Below, piece by piece: positions 32,449 through 41,698 of a DNA stretch of 64,000 nucleotides. The translations under genes were made by a program, and so were the position numbers. The notes under the pieces are model-generated. The model saw nothing but the letters and a program-made list of their open reading frames with translations, made no database searches and had not been told where the DNA came from. This stretch comes from Candidatus Nanoarchaeia archaeon (GTDB lineage: Archaea > Nanobdellota > Nanobdellia > Woesearchaeales > JAQUVJ01), in contig JAQUVJ010000001.1 of assembly GCA_028693395.1 (NCBI GenBank), forward strand, positions 46,387-110,386. Reading direction: 5' to 3'. Each line of letters starts with the position of its first letter. The first letter of the stretch is position 1.

Positions 32449-32523
32449 GCCCGAATGGTGTAGTCCGGCCAATCATTCGGCCCTTTCGAGGCCGAGACCC
32501 GGGTTCGAATCCCGGTTCGAGCA
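32449..32523 (+). tRNA. tRNA-Glu(TTC), no encoded CCA
   Basis: CGGCC-CTTTCGA-GGCCG anticodon arm, CCGGG-TTCGAAT-CCCGG T-arm; one C3-A70 mismatch. Confidence 0.92.
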
Positions 32524-32530
32524 TTAAAAT

Positions 32531-32554
32531 AAATTGGGATTTTTTCCCAATTTT
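32531..32554 (+). terminator. Hairpin after tRNA-Glu
   Basis: AAATTGGGA-TTTTT-TCCCAATTT followed by T-rich DNA. Confidence 0.5.
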
Positions 32555-32686
32555 AATAATTCTAGGTTTGCTTTGTTTATTTTAATTTATTTTAAATTTC
32601 TAAAAACAACTAAAATTTACATAAAAAATTAATAAAATTCAACAAAAAAAAGAAAATTTTATATTTAATAAAGAATATAAAAATTC

Positions 32687-33172
32687 ATGAATCTTAAAAG
32701 AACACTTATAATTTATTATTCAAGTGAACATAAAAATACTTATAAAATAGCAAAAGAAATAGGTATGACCCTAAATGCAGATATTAAAGAAGTAAGTGAA
32801 GTAAACGTTAATAATTTAAATAAATATGATATAATTGGTTTTGGTTCTGGAATTTATAATAGTAGAAGTCACCCAAGTCTTTTAAAATTAATAGATTCTC
32901 TAAAAAATGTAAAAGACAAAAAAGCTTTTGTTTTTAGTACAGCACTAATAACATATAAAACAATAAACAAACCTTTGATAACTAAACTTGAATCAAAAGG
33001 ATTCAAAGTTATTGATGATTTCTATTGTAAAGGTTTTATGGATCATAAATTTGTAAAATATTTAGGTGGTTTTAATAAAGACAGACCTAATTTGAAAGAT
33101 TTAGAAGATGCAAAAAAATTTGCACTAAAATTAAAAGATTTTCTTAATAATCCTTATAAATTTAACAAATAA
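32687..33172 (+). CDS. Flavodoxin family protein
   Basis: IYYSSEHKNT.KIA, IGFGSGIY, FVFST, F.CKG, RP...D. Confidence 0.88.
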   Translation: MNLKRTLIIYYSSEHKNTYKIAKEIGMTLNADIKEVSEVNVNNLNKYDIIGFGSGIYNSRSHPSLLKLIDSLKNVKDKKAFVFSTALITYKTINKPLITKLESKGFKVIDDFYCKGFMDHKFVKYLGGFNKDRPNLKDLEDAKKFALKLKDFLNNPYKFNK

Positions 33173-33204
33173 ATTTATATATTTTCTTAATAATAAAAAA
33201 TAAA

Positions 33205-34134
33205 ATGGATAAAAGAAGTATTCTATTCGTATGTACAGGTAACATATATCGAAGTTTAACTGCACAACTTGCTTTTCAAAAATTTTTAAATGATAATAAT
33301 ATAAAAAATTGGAATGTAAAATCCGCAGGAATCAAAGCAAATAAAGAAGAAATTCATGATGGTGTAAAAAAAACATTAAAAAAATATGGATTTGATAAAA
33401 TAAATCACAAACAAACAAAACTTACTAAAAAAATATTAAACGAATATGATTGTGTTGTTGCGATGGCACAAAATCATGTTGATTTTATTAAAAATGAATT
33501 AAAATTTAATAATGTATTATTATTTAATGAATTAGCAATTGATAAAAAAACATCAATCTTGGATATTGAAGACAATGTAAAAGATTACAAAACTAATCCT
33601 GAAGCAGTAGAGAAAGAAATGGAAAAAACTATAAAATACATTTTTAACAATATAGAAAAATTATATAAAAAAGTCTTAGAAAGATTCTATATTTTCTGTG
33701 ATTTTATTGAAAATAATATTTCTCATAGAAATGGTTTTCCTTTTATAAAACTTTACGAGACAAAAAATGCAATTTCTTTTATGTCAATTGATATTCCTCA
33801 AAAAGTTGATGGACACATACTTGTAATTCCTAAAAAAAGATATAATGATTTTAAAAAAATACCTTTAAATGTACTTAGCGAAATAATGGAAATTATAAAA
33901 AAAATAGCAATAGTAATTGAAAGAAATTATGGAGGATACAACATTTTGTTAAACAATAGTACAGATGCTGGTCAATATATTTTTCATACACATTTTCATA
34001 TTATTCCAAGAATTTCTAATGACAATATAAGAATAGAATTATGGAAAAGAAATAAAATAACAAAGGAAGACTTCATCTTATTAAACAACAAATTTAAAAA
34101 AGAAATGGAAATTATAGATAAAGAAAGAAATTAA
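33205..34134 (+). CDS. Fusion: low-molecular-weight phosphatase (LMWPc) + HIT hydrolase
   Basis: ILFVCTGNIYRS, SAG, D.VVAM, DIED; then IFCDFI, GHILVIPK, NN...AGQ.IFHTHFHIIPR. Confidence 0.88.
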   Translation: MDKRSILFVCTGNIYRSLTAQLAFQKFLNDNNIKNWNVKSAGIKANKEEIHDGVKKTLKKYGFDKINHKQTKLTKKILNEYDCVVAMAQNHVDFIKNELKFNNVLLFNELAIDKKTSILDIEDNVKDYKTNPEAVEKEMEKTIKYIFNNIEKLYKKVLERFYIFCDFIENNISHRNGFPFIKLYETKNAISFMSIDIPQKVDGHILVIPKKRYNDFKKIPLNVLSEIMEIIKKIAIVIERNYGGYNILLNNSTDAGQYIFHTHFHIIPRISNDNIRIELWKRNKITKEDFILLNNKFKKEMEIIDKERN

Positions 34135-34271
34135 TAATAATAATAATAATAATAATATGATGATTATTATCTTCTTTTCTTTTTATCTGAACATTAATAT
34201 CTTTTTTATAAAAAGATGTTTAGAAATTTTTATATATAACATAAATTCTCTTACGACTATTAGGTGACATC

Positions 34272-34679
34272 ATGGATGTAAACATTGAACAATTAAATGA
34301 ATATAAATCACTTTTCAAAGGAAAAGATTTAGGATTAATAAATCAATTAAGAGATTTTCTTAAAGAAAGAAATTTAGAATACAGAATATCAGGAGATTCA
34401 CTAAATGATTTATCTGAAGATCTGATAAGAAGATACGAAAGCATTGATATTATTGTAAAAAACAAATCACAAGTTTACAAAAAATATGAAGCAGAAAAAG
34501 AACTTTTTAGAGCTACTATTGGTTATGTTATTGAGTCAGACCCTGAATTTTTCAGTAATGTTATTTCTGTAAGAGGAAATGTTAATTATACTTATAATAA
34601 TTTAAATATAGAAACTTCTTTCAAAATATCATCAAAAAATCCAAAAACAACAATAAATTTAATCTTTGAAAAAGATTAA
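34272..34679 (+). CDS. Hypothetical protein, possible minimal nucleotidyltransferase fold
   Basis: Own TATA and AGGTGA SD; YRISGDS...YESIDIIV resembles a degenerate hG[GS]..DxD motif. Confidence 0.5.
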   Translation: MDVNIEQLNEYKSLFKGKDLGLINQLRDFLKERNLEYRISGDSLNDLSEDLIRRYESIDIIVKNKSQVYKKYEAEKELFRATIGYVIESDPEFFSNVISVRGNVNYTYNNLNIETSFKISSKNPKTTINLIFEKD

Positions 34680-34795
34680 ATAATTATTATTCATTTTTAA
34701 TTTATTTTTTTATTTTTACTAATTTTCTATTATTATTTTATTTTTTATTATTATATTAATTATAACACTTTATTCATTTTAATTCTTTTTTTAAA

Positions 34796-35836
34796 TCAAA
34801 ATAAAATCCATATAATTAACAAAGAAATAACACATGAAATTGTTAAAGGCGGAATTGCTGGATAAAATTTTCCTTTTCTTGTAAACATAAAAAAAATAAA
34901 CAAGCCTATTGAAACAATTAAAGAACTTAAAAAAGCAGGAAATAATCCAAAAGTCTTTAATATTGCAACATTAAAAAGCAAAGGAAATGCAATATCTCCA
35001 CCACCTAATATTGCAACACCCAAATCATCTTTATTTTTATTTTCTATTTCATTATTTAAATTATTATTATCATCATCATTATTATTATTATTATTATCAT
35101 CATCATTATTATTATTATTAAGAACTTTACTAAGATTATTTAATTCTAAATTTTCATTTTTTACATTAGCATTTACATTTGTATTTTCATTTGCATTTTT
35201 TTTAAAAAAAGAACCATCAAAAAAAGATTTTTTACTAATTTTAGTTGGCATCATTATTCCCATAAATAATTTATTGTTTGTTATTTCTTTTGCCATAAAA
35301 ACCATGTGTTTTGATTTAAAGACTGCAATATAATCATAAATTGAAATTATGAAAAGTAAAAATAATGCACTTTTTATATTAATTATATCAGAAAATAATA
35401 TTGCAAACGAAGGATATATTAAAATTTCAGTAAGACTATTTATTAAAAAATTATTTCTTTTTATCTTCATATATGTTAAAAAAACAGATAAAAAAATTCC
35501 ATAATAATAATTTGTTAATTCACTTATTGTTATAAACATTGTAAGAAAAATACCTACACTAATCCAACCTTTCCACATTTTTGTTTTTTTATTTTTTAAA
35601 AGAAAAATTAAAATAATTGTTCCAAGAAACATTCCAATTAAAATATTAATAATTGCTTGCCAAACATCCATTTGCTCTCTAACAAATCCACTATTTAATT
35701 CATCATATTCAATAACTTTTTCACCTTTATCATTTGTTGAAAAAGTCATTGTTGTACTTGAAAGATATACTCCAAAGATTTGTATAATAAAAAATAAAAT
35801 TACAAGAAATATTGTTGTTTTTATTTGATGTTTCAT
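34796..35836 (-). CDS. Presenilin-family intramembrane aspartyl protease (PSH)
   Basis: IYD, SKHM..MA, LGGGD, YPAIP; poly-N/D insert in the loop between the two Asp. Confidence 0.9.
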   Translation of the reverse strand: MKHQIKTTIFLVILFFIIQIFGVYLSSTTMTFSTNDKGEKVIEYDELNSGFVREQMDVWQAIINILIGMFLGTIILIFLLKNKKTKMWKGWISVGIFLTMFITISELTNYYYGIFLSVFLTYMKIKRNNFLINSLTEILIYPSFAILFSDIINIKSALFLLFIISIYDYIAVFKSKHMVFMAKEITNNKLFMGIMMPTKISKKSFFDGSFFKKNANENTNVNANVKNENLELNNLSKVLNNNNNDDDNNNNNNDDDNNNLNNEIENKNKDDLGVAILGGGDIAFPLLFNVAILKTFGLFPAFLSSLIVSIGLFIFFMFTRKGKFYPAIPPLTISCVISLLIIWILF

Positions 35837-36061
35837 GTTTTTCTTTAATTTATTTTATTTATAAATTTATTGATGTTTTATGAAAAAATAAAAATAAAAA
35901 TAAAAATAAAGAAATAAAGAAATAAAGAAATAAAAAATTAATCAAAATTAAAGAGAATAAAAATTAATATAAAATTATTAAAAATATTATTAAAAGAATA
36001 AAAATAAATAAAAATAATATAAATAAATAAATAAAAATAATAATAATAATAACTAAAAAAA

Positions 36062-37489
36062 TTATATCTTGTCTACCAATTGATCTAATCCATTATCCTT
36101 TACTAAAAATCCTAATTCTTTTATTTCATCTCTATATTTATCAGATTCTTCCCAATTCTTTTCCATTCTTGACTTCTTTCTTTTTTCTAATAAATCAATT
36201 ACTTCAACTGGTAAATCTAGAATTTCTTCTTTCATTTCATTAAATCTCAAACCTAATATTTCATCGAATTTTAGTAAAGTCTTAAATTTATTATCATCAG
36301 AAATTTCTTTATCATTGATTAAATTCCACATTATTCCTAAAGATTTTGGGACATTTAAATCATCAAAAACTGATTCAAAAAATAAATTTTCATATTCCTT
36401 TGATTTTTCTATTGATTGATTATTGTTTTTATCATTATATTGATTATTCATCTTTTTAATTTCTATTATTTTTGTTTTTAATTTTTCAAATCCTAATTTT
36501 GAATTTTCAATTGCATCCCAACTAAAAGACAATTCTTTTCTGTAATGTGTATTCAAACAAAAATATCTAAAAACCAACGGATCATATCCTTTTTTCTCAA
36601 GTAAATCTACTCTTAGAAAATCTCCTGATGATTTTGACATTTTTCCATCCTTTAAAACTAAAAAATTTCCATGTAACCAATATTTTACCCATGGTTTTTT
36701 ATTTGTAGATGCTTCCGATTGAGCAATTTCATTAGTATGGTGAACATTTATATGATCAATTCCTCCTGTATGTATATCAAATTGTTCTCCTAAATATTTC
36801 ATGCTCATGGCACTACATTCAATATGCCATCCTGGATATCCTATTCCCCATGGACTGTCCCATTTCATTGAATGTGAACTTCCAAATTTTGAATTTCCAA
36901 GTGTAAACCATAAAACAAAATCTGAAAAATTTCTTTTATTATCATCTTGTTCTACTCTTGAAGAACTTTCTAGATTTTCTAATTTTAATTTTGCAAATTT
37001 TGTATAATCTTTAAATTTAGATGTGTCAAAATATACATTTCCACCACTTTGATAGGTAAATCCATTTCTTTCTAATTTACCAATCATTTTTTGCATTTCA
37101 TTTATATGTTCAGTTGCTTTACACCAAACTTGTGGTTTATGAAGATTTAATTTATTCCAGTCTTTTTTAAATTCATCTGTGTAGTATTGTGCAATTTCTT
37201 CTACTGTTTTTCCTTCTCTTTTTGCACCTTCTTCCATCTTATCATCTCCTTGATCTCCATCATCTGTTAAATGTCCAACATCTGTTATATTTATTACATG
37301 CTTAACTCTATATCCTGCAGATACTAATGTTCTATACAATATATCATTAAAAATATAAGTTCTCATATTTCCTAAATGAGCATAATTATAAACAGTTGGA
37401 CCACATGAATAAAAACCAACTTCGTTTTTATTTATTGGCTCAAATTTTTCTTTTTTCTTTGTTTTAGTATTATATAATATCAATTCCAT
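36062..37489 (-). CDS. cysS: Cysteine--tRNA ligase
   Basis: CGPTVYNYAHLGN, DFVLW, GYPGWHIECSAM, HTGGIDH, KMSKS. Confidence 0.97.
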   Translation of the reverse strand: MELILYNTKTKKKEKFEPINKNEVGFYSCGPTVYNYAHLGNMRTYIFNDILYRTLVSAGYRVKHVINITDVGHLTDDGDQGDDKMEEGAKREGKTVEEIAQYYTDEFKKDWNKLNLHKPQVWCKATEHINEMQKMIGKLERNGFTYQSGGNVYFDTSKFKDYTKFAKLKLENLESSSRVEQDDNKRNFSDFVLWFTLGNSKFGSSHSMKWDSPWGIGYPGWHIECSAMSMKYLGEQFDIHTGGIDHINVHHTNEIAQSEASTNKKPWVKYWLHGNFLVLKDGKMSKSSGDFLRVDLLEKKGYDPLVFRYFCLNTHYRKELSFSWDAIENSKLGFEKLKTKIIEIKKMNNQYNDKNNNQSIEKSKEYENLFFESVFDDLNVPKSLGIMWNLINDKEISDDNKFKTLLKFDEILGLRFNEMKEEILDLPVEVIDLLEKRKKSRMEKNWEESDKYRDEIKELGFLVKDNGLDQLVDKI

Positions 37490-37939
37490 AATTCTCACTT
37501 TTTCATTTGTAATTTTTCATTTGTATTTTATATTTGTAATTTTTTAATTTAATTTTTTAATTTAATTTTTTACACTTCTCATTTCAAATTATCTTGCTAA
37601 TTTAAAATAATATAATCATTATAATTTATTACTTATAATATATATACTTTTATAAAAATATATTATTTATTTTTAAGAAAAATTATTGTTGACAGTACTC
37701 AATAAAAAAATAAGAATTTTGTTTTTTTACAATTATCATGTTATTAGTAATAATATTTTATTTATAAACTTTTTTAAAAGATAAATAATATAATAACATA
37801 AACAAATAAAATCATGAATAAATAAAATTTAAAAAATGATTATGTAATAATTTTAATAAAAATTTTATTTTTTTAAATTATAATATAACAAAGAAAGAAA
37901 AAATAAAAAGAAAAAAATTAAAAAAAATAAATTAACAAA

Positions 37940-38650
37940 TTATTTCTTTTCTTTTTTAAAACACATAAACCAATCTAAACAATAAGTGTTTTCATCTTTT
38001 GATTCTACTCTTTCTTTAGCAGTTCCACAAGAACCTGGGGGAGGAACTATTACATCATCTCCCGGTTGCCAATTTGCAGGAGTAGCTATTCCTTCTCTAT
38101 CAGCTTTTTGCATTGCAATAATTAATCTTTTTATTTCATCCATATTTCTTCCTGTTGAAGATGGATAATATAAAACTGTTCTAACCTTACCTTTCTCATC
38201 AATTATAAAAACAGCTCTTACTGCTTGAGTTGTTGATGAATTTGGTTGCACCATTCCATATTTCTTAGCAACTTCCATTTTCAAATCTTCAATTAAAGGA
38301 AACATTACTTCAACATTTTTCATTCCTTTAAATTCAATTTTCTCTTTTATTGTTCTAAGCCATGCAATATGTGCATACATACTATCAATAGACAAACCTA
38401 CTAATTCTGTGTTTAACTTTCTAAAATCTTCTTGCATTGATGCAAAAGTCATAAATTCTGTTGTGCAAACAGGTGTAAAATCTGCTGGGTGACTAAACAA
38501 TATTATCCACTTTCCTTTAAAATCTTGAGGGAAATTTATTTGTCCCATTGTCGTATTTGCAACAAAAGCTGGTGCATCATCTCCAATTAATGGCATTCTA
38601 ATTTCTTCTCTTGCTTGATATTCGTTATTTTTTATCTCATTTTGTTCCAT
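37940..38650 (-). CDS. Peroxiredoxin (Prx6/archaeal type)
   Basis: FSHPADFTPVCTTEF, GRNMDE, ATPANW, CLDWFMC. Confidence 0.95.
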   Translation of the reverse strand: MEQNEIKNNEYQAREEIRMPLIGDDAPAFVANTTMGQINFPQDFKGKWIILFSHPADFTPVCTTEFMTFASMQEDFRKLNTELVGLSIDSMYAHIAWLRTIKEKIEFKGMKNVEVMFPLIEDLKMEVAKKYGMVQPNSSTTQAVRAVFIIDEKGKVRTVLYYPSSTGRNMDEIKRLIIAMQKADREGIATPANWQPGDDVIVPPPGSCGTAKERVESKDENTYCLDWFMCFKKEKK

Positions 38651-38713
38651 TTTTTTTACCTCTTTAAAACGTTTTATAATTAAATTAATTTAAAAAATAT
38701 TTTTATTATTATT

Positions 38714-39112
38714 TTATTCTTTAGAAATCTTACAATCTTTACATTCACCATAAAAATTTAAAGTATAATTCTTTATATCAAAATCTTTTAATTCTTTTTT
38801 TTTGTTTAAGATTTCCTTTTCAATTTCTGAAATTTCTATATCAAAAATTTTTCCACAATTTTGACATAAAAAATGCGAATGATTTTCTTGTTTGGGTTCA
38901 AAAACTTGTATACCCTTTATCTTTACTTCTTGTATTATATCTTCTTGACAAAGTAATTTTAAATTAGTATAAACTGTTTTTTTACTGATTCTTGGCAATT
39001 TTTCTTTAACAAATTTAAAAACATCATCTACACTTGGATGATTATGATTATCTTTTAAATAATCTAAAATAATTAATCTTTGATTTGTTAATTTAAAGGC
39101 TAAATTACTCAT
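38714..39112 (-). CDS. Fur/PerR family transcriptional regulator
   Basis: T.QR..IL, HPS, TVY.NL, HSHFLCQNCG, C..C; ATG 39112 is 22 nt below the TATA (track start 39127). Confidence 0.92.
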   Translation of the reverse strand: MSNLAFKLTNQRLIILDYLKDNHNHPSVDDVFKFVKEKLPRISKKTVYTNLKLLCQEDIIQEVKIKGIQVFEPKQENHSHFLCQNCGKIFDIEISEIEKEILNKKKELKDFDIKNYTLNFYGECKDCKISKE

Positions 39113-39116
39113 ATTG

Positions 39117-39141
39117 TTAAATAACATTAAGTGTTATTTAA
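39117..39141. promoter_or_regulatory. 10-5-10 inverted repeat overlapping the fur TATA box (candidate operator)
   Basis: TTAAATAACA-TTAAG-TGTTATTTAA. Confidence 0.6.
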
Positions 39142-39346
39142 AGTTTATGATTTATCATCATTATCATTATAATAATAGAATAATAATTTAAAGTAATATA
39201 ATAATAATAATAATAATAAATAAATAAAATAAAATAAAGTAAAGTAAAGTAAAGTAAAAATGAATAAATAAATAAGTAAAATATAAAATAAATTTAAGAA
39301 ATAAAAAAAAATAATATTAAAAAAGGTGTTAAAAAACTAAAATAAA

Positions 39347-39835
39347 TCAAATATTATCTTCCTTTCTTAATAAATCTATCAAATACGTAGAATTAACAAA
39401 AGTTGGAATATCATTTTGAGTTATTCTTTGATCTTTAAAATAAGTATATGTTAAAAGATAATTCTTTAAATCTTCATTTAAACCTGTTCCATAAACAAAA
39501 ATTTTTTTTGGTTGTCTTATTTCATTTGATAAATTTATTGAAACATTATTTTCCATACATAAACAAAGTTGAATATGCACAGATTGTTTCCATGTGTATA
39601 AATCCAATTTTTCTGGTTCTATTATTTCTCTATTACAAAATGGAAGTGCATAACCCTTACATTCAATTTCTTTATTTCTTAATTTATATTGGTATTTGTC
39701 TTCTTCATTTGTTACAAAAAATATAGGAAAAAAATTTGTTCCTGTTTTTGAAAAATGTTTTATAAAGCCATCAGTAATTTCTTTATATTCTCTAAATAAA
39801 ACATTTTCCAAATTTTTTTCAACACTAAATATCAT
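39347..39835 (-). CDS. Hypothetical protein
   Basis: 162-aa ORF with normal composition and its own TATA; no recognised motif. Confidence 0.6.
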   Translation of the reverse strand: MIFSVEKNLENVLFREYKEITDGFIKHFSKTGTNFFPIFFVTNEEDKYQYKLRNKEIECKGYALPFCNREIIEPEKLDLYTWKQSVHIQLCLCMENNVSINLSNEIRQPKKIFVYGTGLNEDLKNYLLTYTYFKDQRITQNDIPTFVNSTYLIDLLRKEDNI

Positions 39836-39942
39836 ACGTCACTGATGGACAGTAATACAATATATAAGGATTACTATATTAAAAAAACTATATTAACTAA
39901 AAAAAACACAGAATCTTTATATATCTTTAAAATAAAAAAAGT

Positions 39943-40380
39943 ATGATTAAAATGGTTGATAAATTAAAAGTTAAAAAATTAAATGAAAACGCAAACCTTC
40001 CAGAATACTCTTTGGATTGTGATATTGCATTTGATGTAAAAGCAAATGAGTCTGTGTCTTTAAATCCTACTGAACAAAAAGAAATTCACACAGGAATTGC
40101 AATGGAAATTCCTGAAGGATATATTGGACTTGTAAGAGACAGATTTGGAATAGTTACAAGATTTGGAGCACATGTCATCGCTGGAACTTTTGATCACTCA
40201 TATAGAGAAGAAGTTACTATAATGATGATAAACTTAGGAAAAGAAGAATTATATATAGAAGAAGGAATGAGAATTGCTCAAATTGTTTTAATTCCAATAA
40301 ATAAATTAGAAATAGAAGAAGTAAAAGAATTATCAAAAACACAAAGATCTGGTAAAAAAGATTTAACTGGTCTTAAATAA
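39943..40380 (+). CDS. dut: Trimeric dUTPase homologue with degenerate motifs II and V
   Basis: AFDV, TGIAMEIPEG, GTFDHSYREE, GMRIAQ; C-terminus RSGKKDLTG. Confidence 0.85.
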   Translation: MIKMVDKLKVKKLNENANLPEYSLDCDIAFDVKANESVSLNPTEQKEIHTGIAMEIPEGYIGLVRDRFGIVTRFGAHVIAGTFDHSYREEVTIMMINLGKEELYIEEGMRIAQIVLIPINKLEIEEVKELSKTQRSGKKDLTGLK

Positions 40381-40548
40381 TTTTTTTCTTTTTTTTATTT
40401 ATTTCTTATTGTATTAAATTACTATAAAATTACAAAAATTAATTATAAAATATTATTAAAAAAAAAATAAAATTAGAAATTAAAAAATAAAAATAAATTA
40501 AAACAAAAGTAAAAAAACAAAAATAAAAAAATCTTAATAAAAATTTAA

Positions 40549-41142
40549 TTAATTTTCTTTACTCATATCTTCTTGTTTTGTTTGATCTGAAACAATTTGA
40601 TCATTTACTACACTTGAATCTTTTTCTGGAGCATATTCACCTACAATTTTTACATCTTCAACTGTATAATAAGCTTTTTTATCATATTCCATTAAATAAC
40701 CTATTAATTTTGATAAATCTTTTTTATGAATAATTACATGAATAGATTTAACTTCTCCATTAGGACCATCAACACCAAGAGCTGTAAAAGTATATTTTAA
40801 TCTTCTCAAAGTTCCTACTAAATCTTTTGAATCCTTTGATGTAACTATTCTAACTATTACTTTTCCTATTAATATTTTTTGTTCTGCACATATTCCAACA
40901 TAAGTTCCAACTGCAAAACCTAAACCATAAGCAATATAAGCTACAAAATTTGAAAGATTATCCATAATTCTAGTTATTGCAAGTAACCAAATAATTACCT
41001 CAAAAAAACCTAAAATTGCAGATAATAATTTTTCTCCTTTAGAAACAAAAATCAATCTAATTGTTCCTAAACTAACATCAACAATTCTTGCACAAAATAT
41101 TAAAATTGGCAAAACCACATACATAAAAATTTGTTCTTGCAT
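40549..41142 (-). CDS. UPF0316 (DUF5698/DUF2179) membrane protein
   Basis: ARIVDVSLGTIR, LGFFEV.IW, AYGLGFAVG.YVG, D.KAY..VEDV. Confidence 0.88.
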   Translation of the reverse strand: MQEQIFMYVVLPILIFCARIVDVSLGTIRLIFVSKGEKLLSAILGFFEVIIWLLAITRIMDNLSNFVAYIAYGLGFAVGTYVGICAEQKILIGKVIVRIVTSKDSKDLVGTLRRLKYTFTALGVDGPNGEVKSIHVIIHKKDLSKLIGYLMEYDKKAYYTVEDVKIVGEYAPEKDSSVVNDQIVSDQTKQEDMSKEN

Positions 41143-41257
41143 AAAAACACCTTAAAGATATTCTATTGCATTTGATTATAAAGATTTCTATAAACATTTA
41201 GTTAATCAGACCTAAACAACTGCAAAAATTTATAAAAAAACAAAAATAAATTCATTC

Positions 41258-41578
41258 ATGGGAAAAAAAAGAATAATTTTTATTTCAATTTTTGTAATTA
41301 TTATTATATTTGTAATATCTTTTTTAAGTGCAATTCCTAAAATAAAAGAAGAAATTATAAAAAATGAAATAAAAAAAGCAAATTATTGTGAAGAAGATTT
41401 AGATTGTATAGATGCAGGAAGTAAATGTCCTTTTGGTTGTTTTAATTATGTTAATAAAAATGAAGTTGAAAGAATTTCAAATTTAATAGAATCATATAAT
41501 TCAAACTGTGTTTATGGATGTCTTCTTTGTGAAAATGTAAAATGTGAAGATAAAAAATGTATTCCAATTTGTGATTAA
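41258..41578 (+). CDS. Small membrane-anchored Cys-rich protein
   Basis: Signal anchor plus a 10-Cys domain (CEEDLDC, CPFGC, C..GC..C...C...KC...C). Confidence 0.7.
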   Translation: MGKKRIIFISIFVIIIIFVISFLSAIPKIKEEIIKNEIKKANYCEEDLDCIDAGSKCPFGCFNYVNKNEVERISNLIESYNSNCVYGCLLCENVKCEDKKCIPICD

Positions 41579-41698
41579 TTATATTTAATTTAGTAAAATT
41601 TCTTTTTCTTCATTTTACTTTTTTCTTGTTATTTTTCTTATTTCTTTTTTTTCTTTTTGTATCTATTTTGTATTTCTTTAATATAATAAAAATTAAAA

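Noticed and set aside
34157..34190. ATGATGA...CTGA resembling a C/D box sRNA
   Set aside because: Only 34 nt, no C'/D' boxes, pyrimidine low-complexity guide; likely chance
32524..34700. Integrated mobile element at tRNA-Glu
   Set aside because: No integrase or transposase, and no duplicated tRNA 3' end seen in the window
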